Origin: Nitrospirota bacterium
Lineage (GTDB): Bacteria > Nitrospirota > Nitrospiria > Nitrospirales > Nitrospiraceae
Length of the DNA stretch: 64,000 nt
Reading direction: 5' to 3'
Assembly: GCA_963701855.1 (NCBI GenBank)
Contig: CAVPBK010000003.1
Span: 128,001 to 192,000 of the forward strand
The first letter of the stretch is position 1; every line of letters starts with the position of its first letter. Below are positions 9,449 through 23,116 of this stretch, one piece after another. A model generated the notes under the pieces. That model searched no databases and was not told the origin of the DNA. It worked only from the letters and a program-made list of their open reading frames with translations. The position numbers were made by a program, and so were the translations under genes.

Positions 9449-10789
9449 ATGGATACCTGTCCACAATGCCGCACAGAACAAGAAGATCTGTCGCGTCGAG
9501 CGTTCTTGAAACGTGCGCTGGGGGTCGCTGGTGCGACTCTGATGTTGAACTTCTTTCCATCTGAACTTCTCCGACGTTCAGCATCGGCTGCGGCCAATGC
9601 AGGAAAGACGCTGGTGGTCGTCTTTCAACGAGGAGGAAACGACGGGTTGAACACGATCGTGCCTTATTCGGACCTGCAGTACTACGCTGTGAGGCCATCG
9701 GCATTGAGCGGAGCAGGCAACATCGGTATTCCTCCCCCTGGAACCGGTGATGGCGCCGGGATTGGTCTCCCCGGCACGGGGTTCGCCATGCATCCGGCCA
9801 TTCAGCCGTTTCTTGACTTGTATAATAATAACAGCTTGGCAATCGTGACGCAGGCGGGGTTTGCCGGCTCCACGCAATCGCACTTTACAGACCAGGACAT
9901 CATCGAACGAGGGGTTTTTCAGGCGACAGACGGGTGGCTCAATCGCTACCTGCAAGCGGTGGGCGCAGTCGGCGCGTCTGCGATTCGTGCGGTCGGTATG
10001 GGAAGTGATCTGGCCGATTCGTTGCGCGGGGCTACGCTCGTTTCCGCGATCAACGATCTGTCAGTCCTGAGCTTTGCAAGACTCGGCAGCTCTAAAGCTC
10101 CATTGGAATCCAACCTCAGGGCGCTCTACGCGCAGGATCCTCAATCGACGAGTACGAATCCCTACAGTCGGCTCGTCCATGCACTCGGACCGGAGATGTT
10201 GAATCGGGTGGCGTCCATCGAGGCGATCGGCCCCGCAGCACCTCAGCACGGCGCGGTGTATCCCAATACTTCCTATGGCAGACAGCTTCGCGATGTCGCT
10301 CACATTATCCGGTCCGGATTAGGACTGGAAGTGGCGACGGTCGATATCGGTGGATGGGATACGCATGATGATCAAGGTGGCGGCGGCGGCGCCACGTTAT
10401 TGCAAGGAGCGAGACTGGCAGAGTTTTCTGGCGGGATCCGGGCGTTCTATGACGATCTAGGAGCGTTGATGAGCAACGTGGTTCTATTGACCTGTACGGA
10501 GTTCGGTCGAACCGTCAAACAAAATGCCAGTGGTGGAACCGATCATGGGAAGGCCTCGGTCTGGTTTGTACTCGGAGGCGGGGTCAAGGGCGGTCTCTAT
10601 CACGGCGCGGCGGGCTTCCCGTCGTCGCTCATTGATGCCAATCTCGATTCGGGCCGATATATTCGTCCGACAGTGGAATTCCGCAATATCTTTTCTGACG
10701 TATTGGTTAAGCATTTCGGGGTCAATGCGACGGAGTTAGATCGCGTGTTTCCAGGTCAGGCGCATCTGCCTGTGGGATTATTTGTGTAA
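9449..10789 (+). CDS. DUF1501 family protein (Tat signal)
   Basis: SRRAFLK twin-arginine motif, FQRGGNDGLN, GGWDTH, TEFGRT..N...GTDHG; RBS GAGGTG. Confidence 0.9.
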   Translation: MDTCPQCRTEQEDLSRRAFLKRALGVAGATLMLNFFPSELLRRSASAAANAGKTLVVVFQRGGNDGLNTIVPYSDLQYYAVRPSALSGAGNIGIPPPGTGDGAGIGLPGTGFAMHPAIQPFLDLYNNNSLAIVTQAGFAGSTQSHFTDQDIIERGVFQATDGWLNRYLQAVGAVGASAIRAVGMGSDLADSLRGATLVSAINDLSVLSFARLGSSKAPLESNLRALYAQDPQSTSTNPYSRLVHALGPEMLNRVASIEAIGPAAPQHGAVYPNTSYGRQLRDVAHIIRSGLGLEVATVDIGGWDTHDDQGGGGGATLLQGARLAEFSGGIRAFYDDLGALMSNVVLLTCTEFGRTVKQNASGGTDHGKASVWFVLGGGVKGGLYHGAAGFPSSLIDANLDSGRYIRPTVEFRNIFSDVLVKHFGVNATELDRVFPGQAHLPVGLFV

Positions 10790-10801
10790 GTGGGGCGGAG
10801 C

Positions 10802-11758
10802 CTAAAAGCCGTCTTTTGCACAGCGAAATCCGGTGCCGCTTGGACGGCTATCCATTGGGCTCCAGTCTCGATCGCTCGTACGAAGACTGATAGCCGGCTT
10901 GAGCCAGGATCCACCGCGCATTGCTTTGATCGCCCCGCGGAGAGGTCCCTGAGGATTAGAGAGGGGGGCCTCTTTGTAGTAGTTTGGGTTATACCAATCC
11001 TGCACCCATTCCGCGACGTTGCCTGCCATGTCGTGGAGGCCATATGGACTCGCGCTTTCTGGAAAACTCGCGACCGGCATGGTGAGCACTTCTCCCTTAA
11101 TGCCTCTCTCTTTTGAAATCTTCGCGCCCTCGCCATTGATCCAGAAGGCATCCCAGTCCGCTCCACTCTGAAAATCAATGGTGCGTCCCGCCCAATAGCT
11201 GGCGCTGTTGGCCTTCTTGAAGTCCCATTCGTTTCCCCAGGGATAGCGACGGCCATCGGTGCCCCTCGCGGCCTTCTCCCATTCCGCTTCGGTCGGCAGT
11301 CGCTTACCCATCCACAGGCAGTAGGCTACGGCATCCTCCCAACTGACATTAACCACGGGATGAGTGCTGATGCCAGAGAGCGGTGCATTGTTCTCCCATA
11401 ATGTGGAAGCAGGGTTCGAGTGTGCCGGCGCACGGTGTCCGGTCGTCCGGACAAATCGTGCGTAGCTATCGTTCGTGACTTCGTACCGGTCAATCCAGAA
11501 TGGAGCGGTGTAGACAAGGCGCTGCGGCTGTTCGTCAGGAAGACCATCGCTGCCGACCGGATTTCCCATCAGGAATTCTCCGGCAGGCACCAGCGCCATG
11601 TCGCTGGAAAGAAGAGAGCTGCTGGCTATTGGTGGATGGCTGAAGGTCAAAACAAGAAACAAGAATGCATGATGGGTCTGCCAAGGCACAATTAGTTCTT
11701 TTTTATTCCACAGGATTTGGCGACTGCATCGCGATAGGCCTGCCAGAGCGTCAGGCAT
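10802..11758 (-). CDS. FGE/SUMF1-domain protein
   Basis: PAGEFLMG, EVTN, RLPTEAEWEKAARG, DMAGNVAEW, RGGSW, GFRCA; start uncertain. Confidence 0.9.
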   Translation of the reverse strand: MPDALAGLSRCSRQILWNKKELIVPWQTHHAFLFLVLTFSHPPIASSSLLSSDMALVPAGEFLMGNPVGSDGLPDEQPQRLVYTAPFWIDRYEVTNDSYARFVRTTGHRAPAHSNPASTLWENNAPLSGISTHPVVNVSWEDAVAYCLWMGKRLPTEAEWEKAARGTDGRRYPWGNEWDFKKANSASYWAGRTIDFQSGADWDAFWINGEGAKISKERGIKGEVLTMPVASFPESASPYGLHDMAGNVAEWVQDWYNPNYYKEAPLSNPQGPLRGAIKAMRGGSWLKPAISLRTSDRDWSPMDSRPSGTGFRCAKDGF

Positions 11759-12441
11759 TTCTTGAGGCAGTTCAGAACGGCCTGTTGTTGGGTACGTGTC
11801 GTGGCATAATTCACCACCATGGTGTAGGCATCATGACGGTGGCCGGCTTCGACCATTTGGTGCGCGCGAATCAGATCCATGGAATCAAGGGGTAGTCCGT
11901 GGTATCGCACCAGAGGGTGGCGTTGGACGATCGCCTCAATTTCTTCGGCGGTCTTTGGTTTTGAGGGGGCAGCGATTTCGGCGCGATCCTTCACGCTGCC
12001 TTCTACGAAGACAGTCAGGGCCGCTGCTCCGATGACCCAATCTTGGCTATTCGAGATACGGTCCAACCAGGCACGGTAGCGCCGACTAGCGGGTAGGAGG
12101 TGTACCTGGTCAAAATCATGCGCCGGCAATCCAAGGCCTGCCATCATCGTCAGGAACAATTCCGGATGCGACTTTCCCAGCGAGAGTCCGCCGGTGTCTT
12201 CTTCATAAATATTATCGGCAAGCATTCGGCGGATCGGAGCCGGGGGATTCTGTCCATGAATGCGTGCCAGAAATACAGGAAAATCACGCACGTATACGCC
12301 GTACTCCTGTTGAAAGTGGCACTTGAGCTGATCGGCGGTGACCGTTCCGTCGGCGAATGCCGGCCATGCCCAATGATGCTTACGGTCCATCATACGCAAG
12401 AGTTCTTCTTGGAATCGGCTTTTCGTCATGGGGCGTGTCAT
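11692..12441 (-). CDS. Heme-oxygenase-like diiron oxidase (CADD/PqqC/TenA-like)
   Basis: NIYEE..G....SHPELF, VEG, H...E..H ligand pattern. Confidence 0.75.
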   Translation of the reverse strand: MTRPMTKSRFQEELLRMMDRKHHWAWPAFADGTVTADQLKCHFQQEYGVYVRDFPVFLARIHGQNPPAPIRRMLADNIYEEDTGGLSLGKSHPELFLTMMAGLGLPAHDFDQVHLLPASRRYRAWLDRISNSQDWVIGAAALTVFVEGSVKDRAEIAAPSKPKTAEEIEAIVQRHPLVRYHGLPLDSMDLIRAHQMVEAGHRHDAYTMVVNYATTRTQQQAVLNCLKKCLTLWQAYRDAVAKSCGIKKN

Positions 12442-12497
12442 GTCTGTTGCCTTCCCGGTGAACGACTCGTTACAATTCGATGACGTGGAGGCTTTTA

Positions 12498-12782
12498 ATG
12501 AATCAGGTGACGATTCAGAACCCAGAAGACATTCTGTCGATGCTCGCTGAGGTGTCGCTGCAAGGGTCTGGTTTTGTGACGGACTGTCTCCTCGACTATG
12601 TGTTGGAAGAAGGCTTCACGGAGCCGATCTTTCTCAATGCCAGCGGGGAAGACCCTGATGCCTATTTTAAAGGCCAATCTCCTGCCTGGGCAGTGTATCA
12701 GGTTCGAGAATGGAAACGTGTGTTGACTATTTCTGGTGGTCTCGGCAAAGAACGCCGCGTGCAAATTACAGAAACCCCCTAG
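12498..12782 (+). CDS. Hypothetical protein
   Basis: RBS GGAGG before MNQVTI. Confidence 0.7.
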   Translation: MNQVTIQNPEDILSMLAEVSLQGSGFVTDCLLDYVLEEGFTEPIFLNASGEDPDAYFKGQSPAWAVYQVREWKRVLTISGGLGKERRVQITETP

Positions 12783-12873
12783 CCTTTGTAAGTGTAAAAG
12801 GGATGCAGGAAAAAAGCAACGAAAAGACAGGGGGTTAACTGCCAATGGCTGGTTTGAGCGTGGAGTGCACCGC

Positions 12874-13110
12874 ATGCCGATGATCCGTCTCACTGAGCCG
12901 CAAAACATGGGCGAACTGGCGATGATCACGAGTTTGCTGGAAGGCAGTGGCATTGCCTATGTCGTTCAAAACGAACATATGAGCAGCTTGTATCCAGGAC
13001 TCCCCATCCTCAACTCGCGTGTCATGGTCGACGAGTGCGATCAGCTTCGTGCGGAAGTGTTGCTGAGCCGACTGCGGTTGGCGGTGCGCGATGTCTCGTC
13101 ACAGCCATAA
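12874..13110 (+). CDS. DUF2007 / putative signal-transducing protein
   Basis: ELAMITSLLEGSGIAYVVQNEHMSSLYP...RVMV....RA pattern. Confidence 0.75.
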   Translation: MPMIRLTEPQNMGELAMITSLLEGSGIAYVVQNEHMSSLYPGLPILNSRVMVDECDQLRAEVLLSRLRLAVRDVSSQP

Positions 13111-13117
13111 GCAAAGA

Positions 13118-13588
13118 CTAATTTTGTGGTTTTGGGGTGTGCGGGTTCGAAGGGGACTGAGCGGGCAGCCGTTCGCCGGAGCCTTGGAACCAACCGCCAA
13201 TGAGGTTGCCTTCTTCAAAGTATAGATAGCGGTGTTTCACCACCGCGGCGCTTTCCCAATCTTCAAAAATCCATTCCTCATGACGGATGCCTTCCTTGGT
13301 GAAGGTCGTGTTGATCGTTTGTGGCCCCCCCCAGGCTGCTAGCACTTGCTCTTTCGACATCCCGACCATGACCCGATGTTCCGCTATATGTTTTTGAAAG
13401 TCCGGGTCTTTGAGTTGTGCAATGAGTGGCCAGATCACCATGATGAGAAGGAACAGACCAAGCCCGGCGTAGATGATAAGCCGAACTGGACGTCGGCGGA
13501 TGAAGGGGGTCAGTTCTTCTATATCGGTTGGAGAGGCGTTCATCGATTCATGGGTCGCCGTGATGGTGTGAGGCATCATGAAATCCAT
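13118..13588 (-). CDS. Membrane-anchored hypothetical protein (SmpA/BamE-like domain)
   Basis: TM helix followed by VGMSKEQVLAAWGGP...EEWIF...YLYFEEG. Confidence 0.65.
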   Translation of the reverse strand: MDFMMPHTITATHESMNASPTDIEELTPFIRRRPVRLIIYAGLGLFLLIMVIWPLIAQLKDPDFQKHIAEHRVMVGMSKEQVLAAWGGPQTINTTFTKEGIRHEEWIFEDWESAAVVKHRYLYFEEGNLIGGWFQGSGERLPAQSPSNPHTPKPQN

Positions 13589-13660
13589 CGTAGCAACGTG
13601 AATTGGAAAGAGTCAAGCAGAGCTGCCGGTTTCTCTTTATTAATCAGCGCGATATAGGAA

Positions 13661-14287
13661 ATGCGCTATACTGAACGAATACAAGAGCTATGGTGCTCAA
13701 GAAAGGCCGCGATGGGTCCTAGATCGACACATGGAAATAGCCAGAGGCGATGGATACTAATGGTATGGCTCTTGGCCGTCTGGGGGTGTCTCGTCATGCC
13801 GCTGGCTTCAATAGAAGCGTCGGCGACCACTATATATTCCTATATCGATGATCAGGGCACGCCCGTGATGACAGATAATTTTAATACAATTCCTGAACGG
13901 TACCGTGCAAGGGTCAAAACTACCGAGCAGGTAGCGACTGCTTCCCAGAGAACTTCAACTGTCGGTACTGTTCATGAACGTGTGTCAAGTTTTGGAAGGC
14001 AGTTTCGAGAAATGGTTTCCGGAACTGCCCCCAACATCTCCGGGCTCTCTCCTTCACAGTCGGGGATTCTGACCTATGCCGGGTTGGCCGCGATAGTGTT
14101 GCTCGTCGCCATGAACGTGATTAAAGGCCAATTTATCCGCATTCTGGCTTTGGGGTGTTTGATCATGCTCGGGCTTGCCACGCCAGTTTTGATGTACGTG
14201 TCGGATGATGGCCCGATGGATGTGATGAAGAGTAAAGCTTCTCAGGCCGAGAAAAAATACCAAGACCGTGTCCAGCAGATTCCGTAA
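13661..14287 (+). CDS. DUF4124-domain membrane protein
   Basis: TIYSYIDDQGTPVMTDN..IPERYR after a signal-like segment; start uncertain. Confidence 0.7.
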   Translation: MRYTERIQELWCSRKAAMGPRSTHGNSQRRWILMVWLLAVWGCLVMPLASIEASATTIYSYIDDQGTPVMTDNFNTIPERYRARVKTTEQVATASQRTSTVGTVHERVSSFGRQFREMVSGTAPNISGLSPSQSGILTYAGLAAIVLLVAMNVIKGQFIRILALGCLIMLGLATPVLMYVSDDGPMDVMKSKASQAEKKYQDRVQQIP

Positions 14288-14326
14288 CCCTTCTCAGGGA
14301 TTTTCAAAACCCACCATCAATGTCGG

Positions 14327-15172
14327 TTAGTCTGCATACTTGGGGACAGGTATCTTCTTGGCCGTGGGTGGCTGAGGACCGGGCCGATGCTGAGAGAATT
14401 CTCGCGAGTAGGGATTCACGATTGGGTCATGGGTGTGCCGTTGCTGTTGCTTCACAAGGTCGACACTTTGCGTGCTGATTTCCACACGATCGACTAGCGC
14501 CTTGGTCGTGAGTGGGTCCGGCAGGCCTTGCAATGAAAATAGCTGAAAGGCCAGGGTCCACTCCAGCTTGTCCCTACGTGCCTCTTTCACAATAAAACGC
14601 GCCTGTGAGGATGCGGCGCCTTTAAACAGCAATACCCAAATATTCGATCGGAATGAAGGGGCTGCGGGATCCTCTGATGGGTGAAATTCCGGGACGAGCG
14701 AGGGGATTTGGGTGAGGGGGACTGCGGGGGAGAATTCAATATCGACGAGCCGAACGAATAACGTTTGATTCTCGCTTTCATCGTTGGGATCGACGGTATA
14801 ACTGAACGAGTATCGGACATCGATGCCTTGGCGTGTAAAGGTATAGACATCCTCGCCATTTTCAGGCGACACGAGCTTCCGAAAATAGTTCTCCCAATCG
14901 GTGATGGAGTAGTAGGTAAAGAGTCGTAGCGCGGACTTCCGATCGCGCACTGCCTGCGGCATCCCGAGTTTTTGATGTAATTCCGTTTGTGTCAACCCGA
15001 GGTACCCATCCTCGAAATAGGCTGCCGCGAGGACTGTAGAAGGCTGGAGCCAGATGCCGGTGGTCGATAAGAGCAGCAAGGCTGAGCAGATGGTATGAAA
15101 GGTAAGACGCAGGAGCAAGGTTTCTCTCCAGCTGGTTTCTTCATCGTATCGGCGGTATTTCCCTCCTGTCAA
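14327..15172 (-). CDS. Hypothetical exported protein
   Basis: 281-aa ORF with hydrophobic N-terminal segment. Confidence 0.7.
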   Translation of the reverse strand: MTGGKYRRYDEETSWRETLLLRLTFHTICSALLLLSTTGIWLQPSTVLAAAYFEDGYLGLTQTELHQKLGMPQAVRDRKSALRLFTYYSITDWENYFRKLVSPENGEDVYTFTRQGIDVRYSFSYTVDPNDESENQTLFVRLVDIEFSPAVPLTQIPSLVPEFHPSEDPAAPSFRSNIWVLLFKGAASSQARFIVKEARRDKLEWTLAFQLFSLQGLPDPLTTKALVDRVEISTQSVDLVKQQQRHTHDPIVNPYSREFSQHRPGPQPPTAKKIPVPKYAD

Positions 15173-15273
15173 GACGAGAAAATTGGGATTGCTTGCTGGT
15201 GTAAGAACTGGTCGGTTATGATGGCCGGACTTCCTTCACTTTCACAGCGGACTCGATCGCAGAGACAGGTCGT

Positions 15274-18963
<3,690 letters not shown>

Positions 18964-19007
18964 GAGCCAACTCATAGTATGAGAGAACGCCTTGATGATG
19001 AAGTCTG

Positions 19008-19541
19008 TTAGGAGACTTCTGCCAAGACAGTCTGTCGGACTGGTTTCCCGATCGCCGCGGTCAGCGCTGACTTTACTCGCCCATATCGCTCTTCTGCCCA
19101 GCGATTCACGTCTTCAGAATCAGTAAAGACTAACTCCCAGGCTTTGGCGGCGTCCAGCATCAGCAACTGGTGCGGGTGATTATTGGCGGACACATAGACG
19201 ACGAGTACGGCAGATTTTCCGGTGAGACTGATATCCGTAAACACGTGCAGTCTGGCGCCATCCGGCAAGGTGATGTCGCGGGAAGCGGCTTCGACGAGAG
19301 GATGGTACAGGCGCTGAAGAAATTGGGACGTGACTTCGTAGGCGTTGGTCGCGCTTAAGAGGCGGGGATTGGGCTTTTCTCCAAACAGGTTCTCGGTCAG
19401 ATAGGTCGCAGCCTCCCAGGTCGGCATGACTCCGGACGTGACCAAGGATTCGCACAGATATGCGATCCAATTGCGTGTCGCCCCCTGTTTGCGTGCTGCC
19501 GTTGCCTTCTTCGCCATGATCGGCAATCCTTTCGCGAGCAT
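19008..19541 (-). CDS. Hypothetical protein
   Basis: 177-aa ORF convergent with metH. Confidence 0.65.
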   Translation of the reverse strand: MLAKGLPIMAKKATAARKQGATRNWIAYLCESLVTSGVMPTWEAATYLTENLFGEKPNPRLLSATNAYEVTSQFLQRLYHPLVEAASRDITLPDGARLHVFTDISLTGKSAVLVVYVSANNHPHQLLMLDAAKAWELVFTDSEDVNRWAEERYGRVKSALTAAIGKPVRQTVLAEVS

Positions 19542-19652
19542 GAACGACTGTGGGTACAGGGCCTAGTAACCTATGCGTGGGGCTGTACCTGAGGAGATGA
19601 GGGAAGTATATCGGCAGGTGGAAAAGTGGTCAACGAAATGACGAAAAGGTTA

Positions 19653-20795
19653 CTAGGACTCGCGAATCATTCTGCGCGGCGATTGGTCGGCATACTGGTC
19701 ATGGATGAGCTTGATGTCGTTCAGTGAAGCGAAGAAGATGTCGAGAAGCTCGGGATCGAAGTGTTCGCCCCGATGCTTGCCCATGAGATCGAGGGCGTGA
19801 TCGAGAGGGAAGGCGGGTTTGTAGACCCGTTGTGTGGTGAGGGCATCGAAGGCATCGGCGATTGCGGCGATCCGTCCTTCCACGGGAATCGCTTCACCCT
19901 TCAACTTGCGCGGATATCCGTTACCATCCCAACGTTCATGGTGAGTCCAGGCGATCGATGCCGCGACCTTGAGGATTTCCGCATCCGACCCACTGAGGAT
20001 ACGATAACCGATTTCTGCATGTTGAGAGATGACGGTGAATTCTTCCGGCGTGAACTTGCCGGGCTTGAGGAGCACATGATCCGGCGTGCCGATTTTCCCG
20101 ATGTCGTGCATCGGACTGGCGGTTCGGATCAAATCGCACCGTTCCGATGACAGCCCATACTTCCTCGCGAGCAATTCACAGTAGTGGCTCATGCGCTGAA
20201 TGTGCTGTGCCGTGGCACTGTCTCTGTACTCGGCGGCGATGGCGAGTCGCTGAATCGTTTCCTCTCGTGAGAGTCGCAGTTCCTTTTCGCTTCGTTCGAG
20301 CCACTCGAGTGCCTGCTGGAGAGCCATCGTTCTGGTTTTGACGACATCTTCCAGGTTCTCCCGGTGCAGGCGATTTTCAAGTTCAAGCCGGCGGCGGCGG
20401 AGCGCATTGGCGACATTGATCATGACTTCATTGGACTCGAACGGCTTAACGATGTATCCAAAAGCCCCCATGTCCAGCGCCGCGTTCGCCAGCACCGAGC
20501 TATCGAGACCGGTCACCATGATAGCGGCGGTATGGGGATGCTGACTCAGGATATTGCGGATGAGATCCATACCCGACTCACCGGGCATATTCACATCGCA
20601 CAATATTAATGCAAAGGGTTGTTCCTCCAGCCGTGTCCTTGCTTCACGCGCATCGGATGCGAGGACCGTCTCATACCCATGGGTTTGAAGCATGTATCCC
20701 AGTAGACGGCGGATCGGTTCTTCGTCGTCGATGATCAGTACGCGCTTGAGTTCAAGGAGGGCTTGATCGGCAGATCGGTCGAGGAGCAACGTCAT
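19653..20795 (-). CDS. Response regulator with HD-GYP c-di-GMP phosphodiesterase domain (RpfG-like)
   Basis: Receiver (IIDDE, CDVNMP, KPF) plus HDIGKIG, HHERWDGNGYP, ADAFDAL. Confidence 0.95.
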   Translation of the reverse strand: MTLLLDRSADQALLELKRVLIIDDEEPIRRLLGYMLQTHGYETVLASDAREARTRLEEQPFALILCDVNMPGESGMDLIRNILSQHPHTAAIMVTGLDSSVLANAALDMGAFGYIVKPFESNEVMINVANALRRRRLELENRLHRENLEDVVKTRTMALQQALEWLERSEKELRLSREETIQRLAIAAEYRDSATAQHIQRMSHYCELLARKYGLSSERCDLIRTASPMHDIGKIGTPDHVLLKPGKFTPEEFTVISQHAEIGYRILSGSDAEILKVAASIAWTHHERWDGNGYPRKLKGEAIPVEGRIAAIADAFDALTTQRVYKPAFPLDHALDLMGKHRGEHFDPELLDIFFASLNDIKLIHDQYADQSPRRMIRES

Positions 20796-20900
20796 GATTT
20801 GTGGGTCTACTTTATATTGATAGAGAAAAGAACTGTTTGGCTCAGTGGGTGCTCATGTGTTTCACGACGGTTCAAGGTCTCAAGAGAATGTAAGGGCAAA

Positions 20901-20915
20901 GCACATTTTGTGCCA
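20901..20915 (-). promoter_or_regulatory. Putative sigma54 -24/-12 promoter of the HD-GYP gene
   Basis: TGGCACAAAATGTGC on the minus strand (GG-N10-GC), ~105 bp upstream of the start. Confidence 0.5.
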
Positions 20916-21470
20916 ATACATTACGAAAATCCGCACGTTGTGGGTCTTTTACCAGGTACCGTCTTCTTAGCCGAAAAGCAGTGAGATGCCGCGCTGTGAC
21001 AGTGTTTGTATAAGGGCAGTTACACCCTTGCTCGATGTTCCAGTGGGGTATGTACATAGAATGAGAATACATCTGTTGTACAGATTTAGCCGTTTGTGCC
21101 GGGTGCTTTTGTACAAATTGATCATCAGGAAGGGTCGAAGGTACGCGCGTTTCCCGGCAGTCTGTGTGAGTCAGACATCTGCGGTTACAGTAGAAGTCTT
21201 CGTGAATTATGCGGGCTAGGAGCATGTCCGACACTGTCTTCGTAACGAGGTGAAGGGGGGCCTGGCAGATACACGGCCACAGGCCTCGAAAGGCCGGGGA
21301 CGTATTCACTGGAATACGTTGAGAATTTTTCGAGGCCGAGAATACCATAGATGCGTGGCCATCATTCTCCGCAGTAGAATGGTCAATGTCGGACAGGCTC
21401 CTAGGCCAGTTTCATTGCGCTTTCGAAGGGCCTTCACTATAATGCGCGGCATCACAAACAGGAGTCATTC

Positions 21471-22214
21471 ATGAGTAATGCAGCGGGACTAGTGCGCGCC
21501 GATGGTCGGCGAAAAGATCAGCTTCGTCCGGTAAAAGTGACACGAAATTTCATTAAACATGCTGAAGGGTCTGTGTTGATAGAAATGGGCGACACCAAAG
21601 TGATTTGTACGGCCTCAATTGAAGAGAAGGTGCCTCCGTTTTTGAAGGGAAAGGGGCAAGGATGGGTGACGGCAGAGTATTCAATGCTTCCCCGTTCAAC
21701 CCATGAGCGATCCCCGCGCGAAGCGGTCAAAGGAAAACAGGGTGGCAGAACGTTGGAGATTCAACGGCTTGTTGGCCGAGCCCTCCGCGCTGTGACAGAT
21801 ATGGGCCAGATGGGAGAGCGATCGATCTGGCTCGACTGCGACGTCATTCAGGCCGACGGAGGAACCAGAACGGCTTCTATTACAGGGGCGTTTATTGCTC
21901 TAGCCGATGCGTTTACCGTTCTCAAGAAGCGAGGCTTGATCAAGAAGCGACCTTTGACGGACTACCTTGCTGCTATTAGTGTAGGAAAAGTAGGCGGGGA
22001 AATCCTCGTCGACTTGGCTTATACGGAAGACTCAATGGCCGATGTCGATATGAATGTGGTTATGACTGGACAAGGGCGCTATGTCGAAGTTCAGGGTACA
22101 GCGGAGCGGACCCCCTTTGCCAAACAGGAAATGGATGAATTTATGGCGATGGGATGGAGCGGGATTCAGACCCTCACCGCGCTGCAGAAGGATTTGATCG
22201 GGACATTAGAATAG
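21471..22214 (+). CDS. rph: Ribonuclease PH
   Basis: [45 protein letters not shown]. Confidence 0.98.
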   Translation: MSNAAGLVRADGRRKDQLRPVKVTRNFIKHAEGSVLIEMGDTKVICTASIEEKVPPFLKGKGQGWVTAEYSMLPRSTHERSPREAVKGKQGGRTLEIQRLVGRALRAVTDMGQMGERSIWLDCDVIQADGGTRTASITGAFIALADAFTVLKKRGLIKKRPLTDYLAAISVGKVGGEILVDLAYTEDSMADVDMNVVMTGQGRYVEVQGTAERTPFAKQEMDEFMAMGWSGIQTLTALQKDLIGTLE

Positions 22215-22224
22215 GGAAGAGACG

Positions 22225-22834
22225 ATGATTCGCGAATTAGTCCTCGCCACGCGTAATCGGCATAAGGGCGAAGAGCTTGCGGCCCTCTTAGGCGATCTCG
22301 GCATCACGATTCGTACACTCGATGAATTCCCTGATGCCCCGGACGTGGTTGAAAACGGGGACACCTGCGAAGCCAACGCAGTCAAGAAAGCGCGCGCCAT
22401 TGCCGAGTTCACGGGTTTGCCGGCTGTCGCCGACGATACGGGACTGGAGGTGGATGCGCTCGATGGGCGACCCGGTATCTACGCGGCCCGTTATGCCGGC
22501 CAAGATGCGACCTACGAAGACAACTGTCGAAAATTGCTGCGGGAGTTGGCTGGTGTGCCCCCTGAACAACGAACTGCTCGTTTTCTGACCGTTGCAGCGA
22601 TTGCACTGCCCTCAAATGGAACACGAGTGGTACAGGGAATATTGGATGGAGTGATTGCAGAAAAGGCGAGTGGGACGTTAGGATTCGGGTATGACCCTGT
22701 GTTCCTTATTCCAGAATTAGGGAAGACCTTAGCTCAGCTGTCGGCGGATCAAAAAAACAGAATTAGTCATCGCGCCAAAGCGTTCACTCAGGCGAAAGAC
22801 CTGTTACGAGAGATGGAATTCGAGATACTCGAGT

Positions 22835-22857
<23 letters not shown>
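22225..22857 (+). CDS. rdgB: dITP/XTP pyrophosphatase (HAM1 family)
   Basis: [36 protein letters not shown]. Confidence 0.96.
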
Positions 22858-22912
<55 letters not shown>

Positions 22913-23116
22913 TACTTTCAACCACTTGTCCTCCTTCCTCCTCACGCTCCTCGTGCACCGTTCCGGTTTTGCAAATTGTAAACGCCCTCCCAAAGCTACT
23001 CTTTGCCAAATCAATCCTGTGTCGGAAAACAACTAATAGTTGAAGATACTTCTGCCGCTTTGTATCGTTTGTCGCGAGTATTGTTGAAGGCATCTTGATA
23101 CCTTTTTCGATAAGGA

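Noticed and set aside
10802..11758. Diversity-generating retroelement target (FGE/CLec fold), also considered for 56811-58630
   Set aside because: No reverse transcriptase is present, and no template repeat differing only at adenines was seen; the paralogues differ throughout.
15173..15273. Cobalamin or SAM riboswitch upstream of metH
   Set aside because: The region is only ~100 bp and shows no recognisable conserved motifs.
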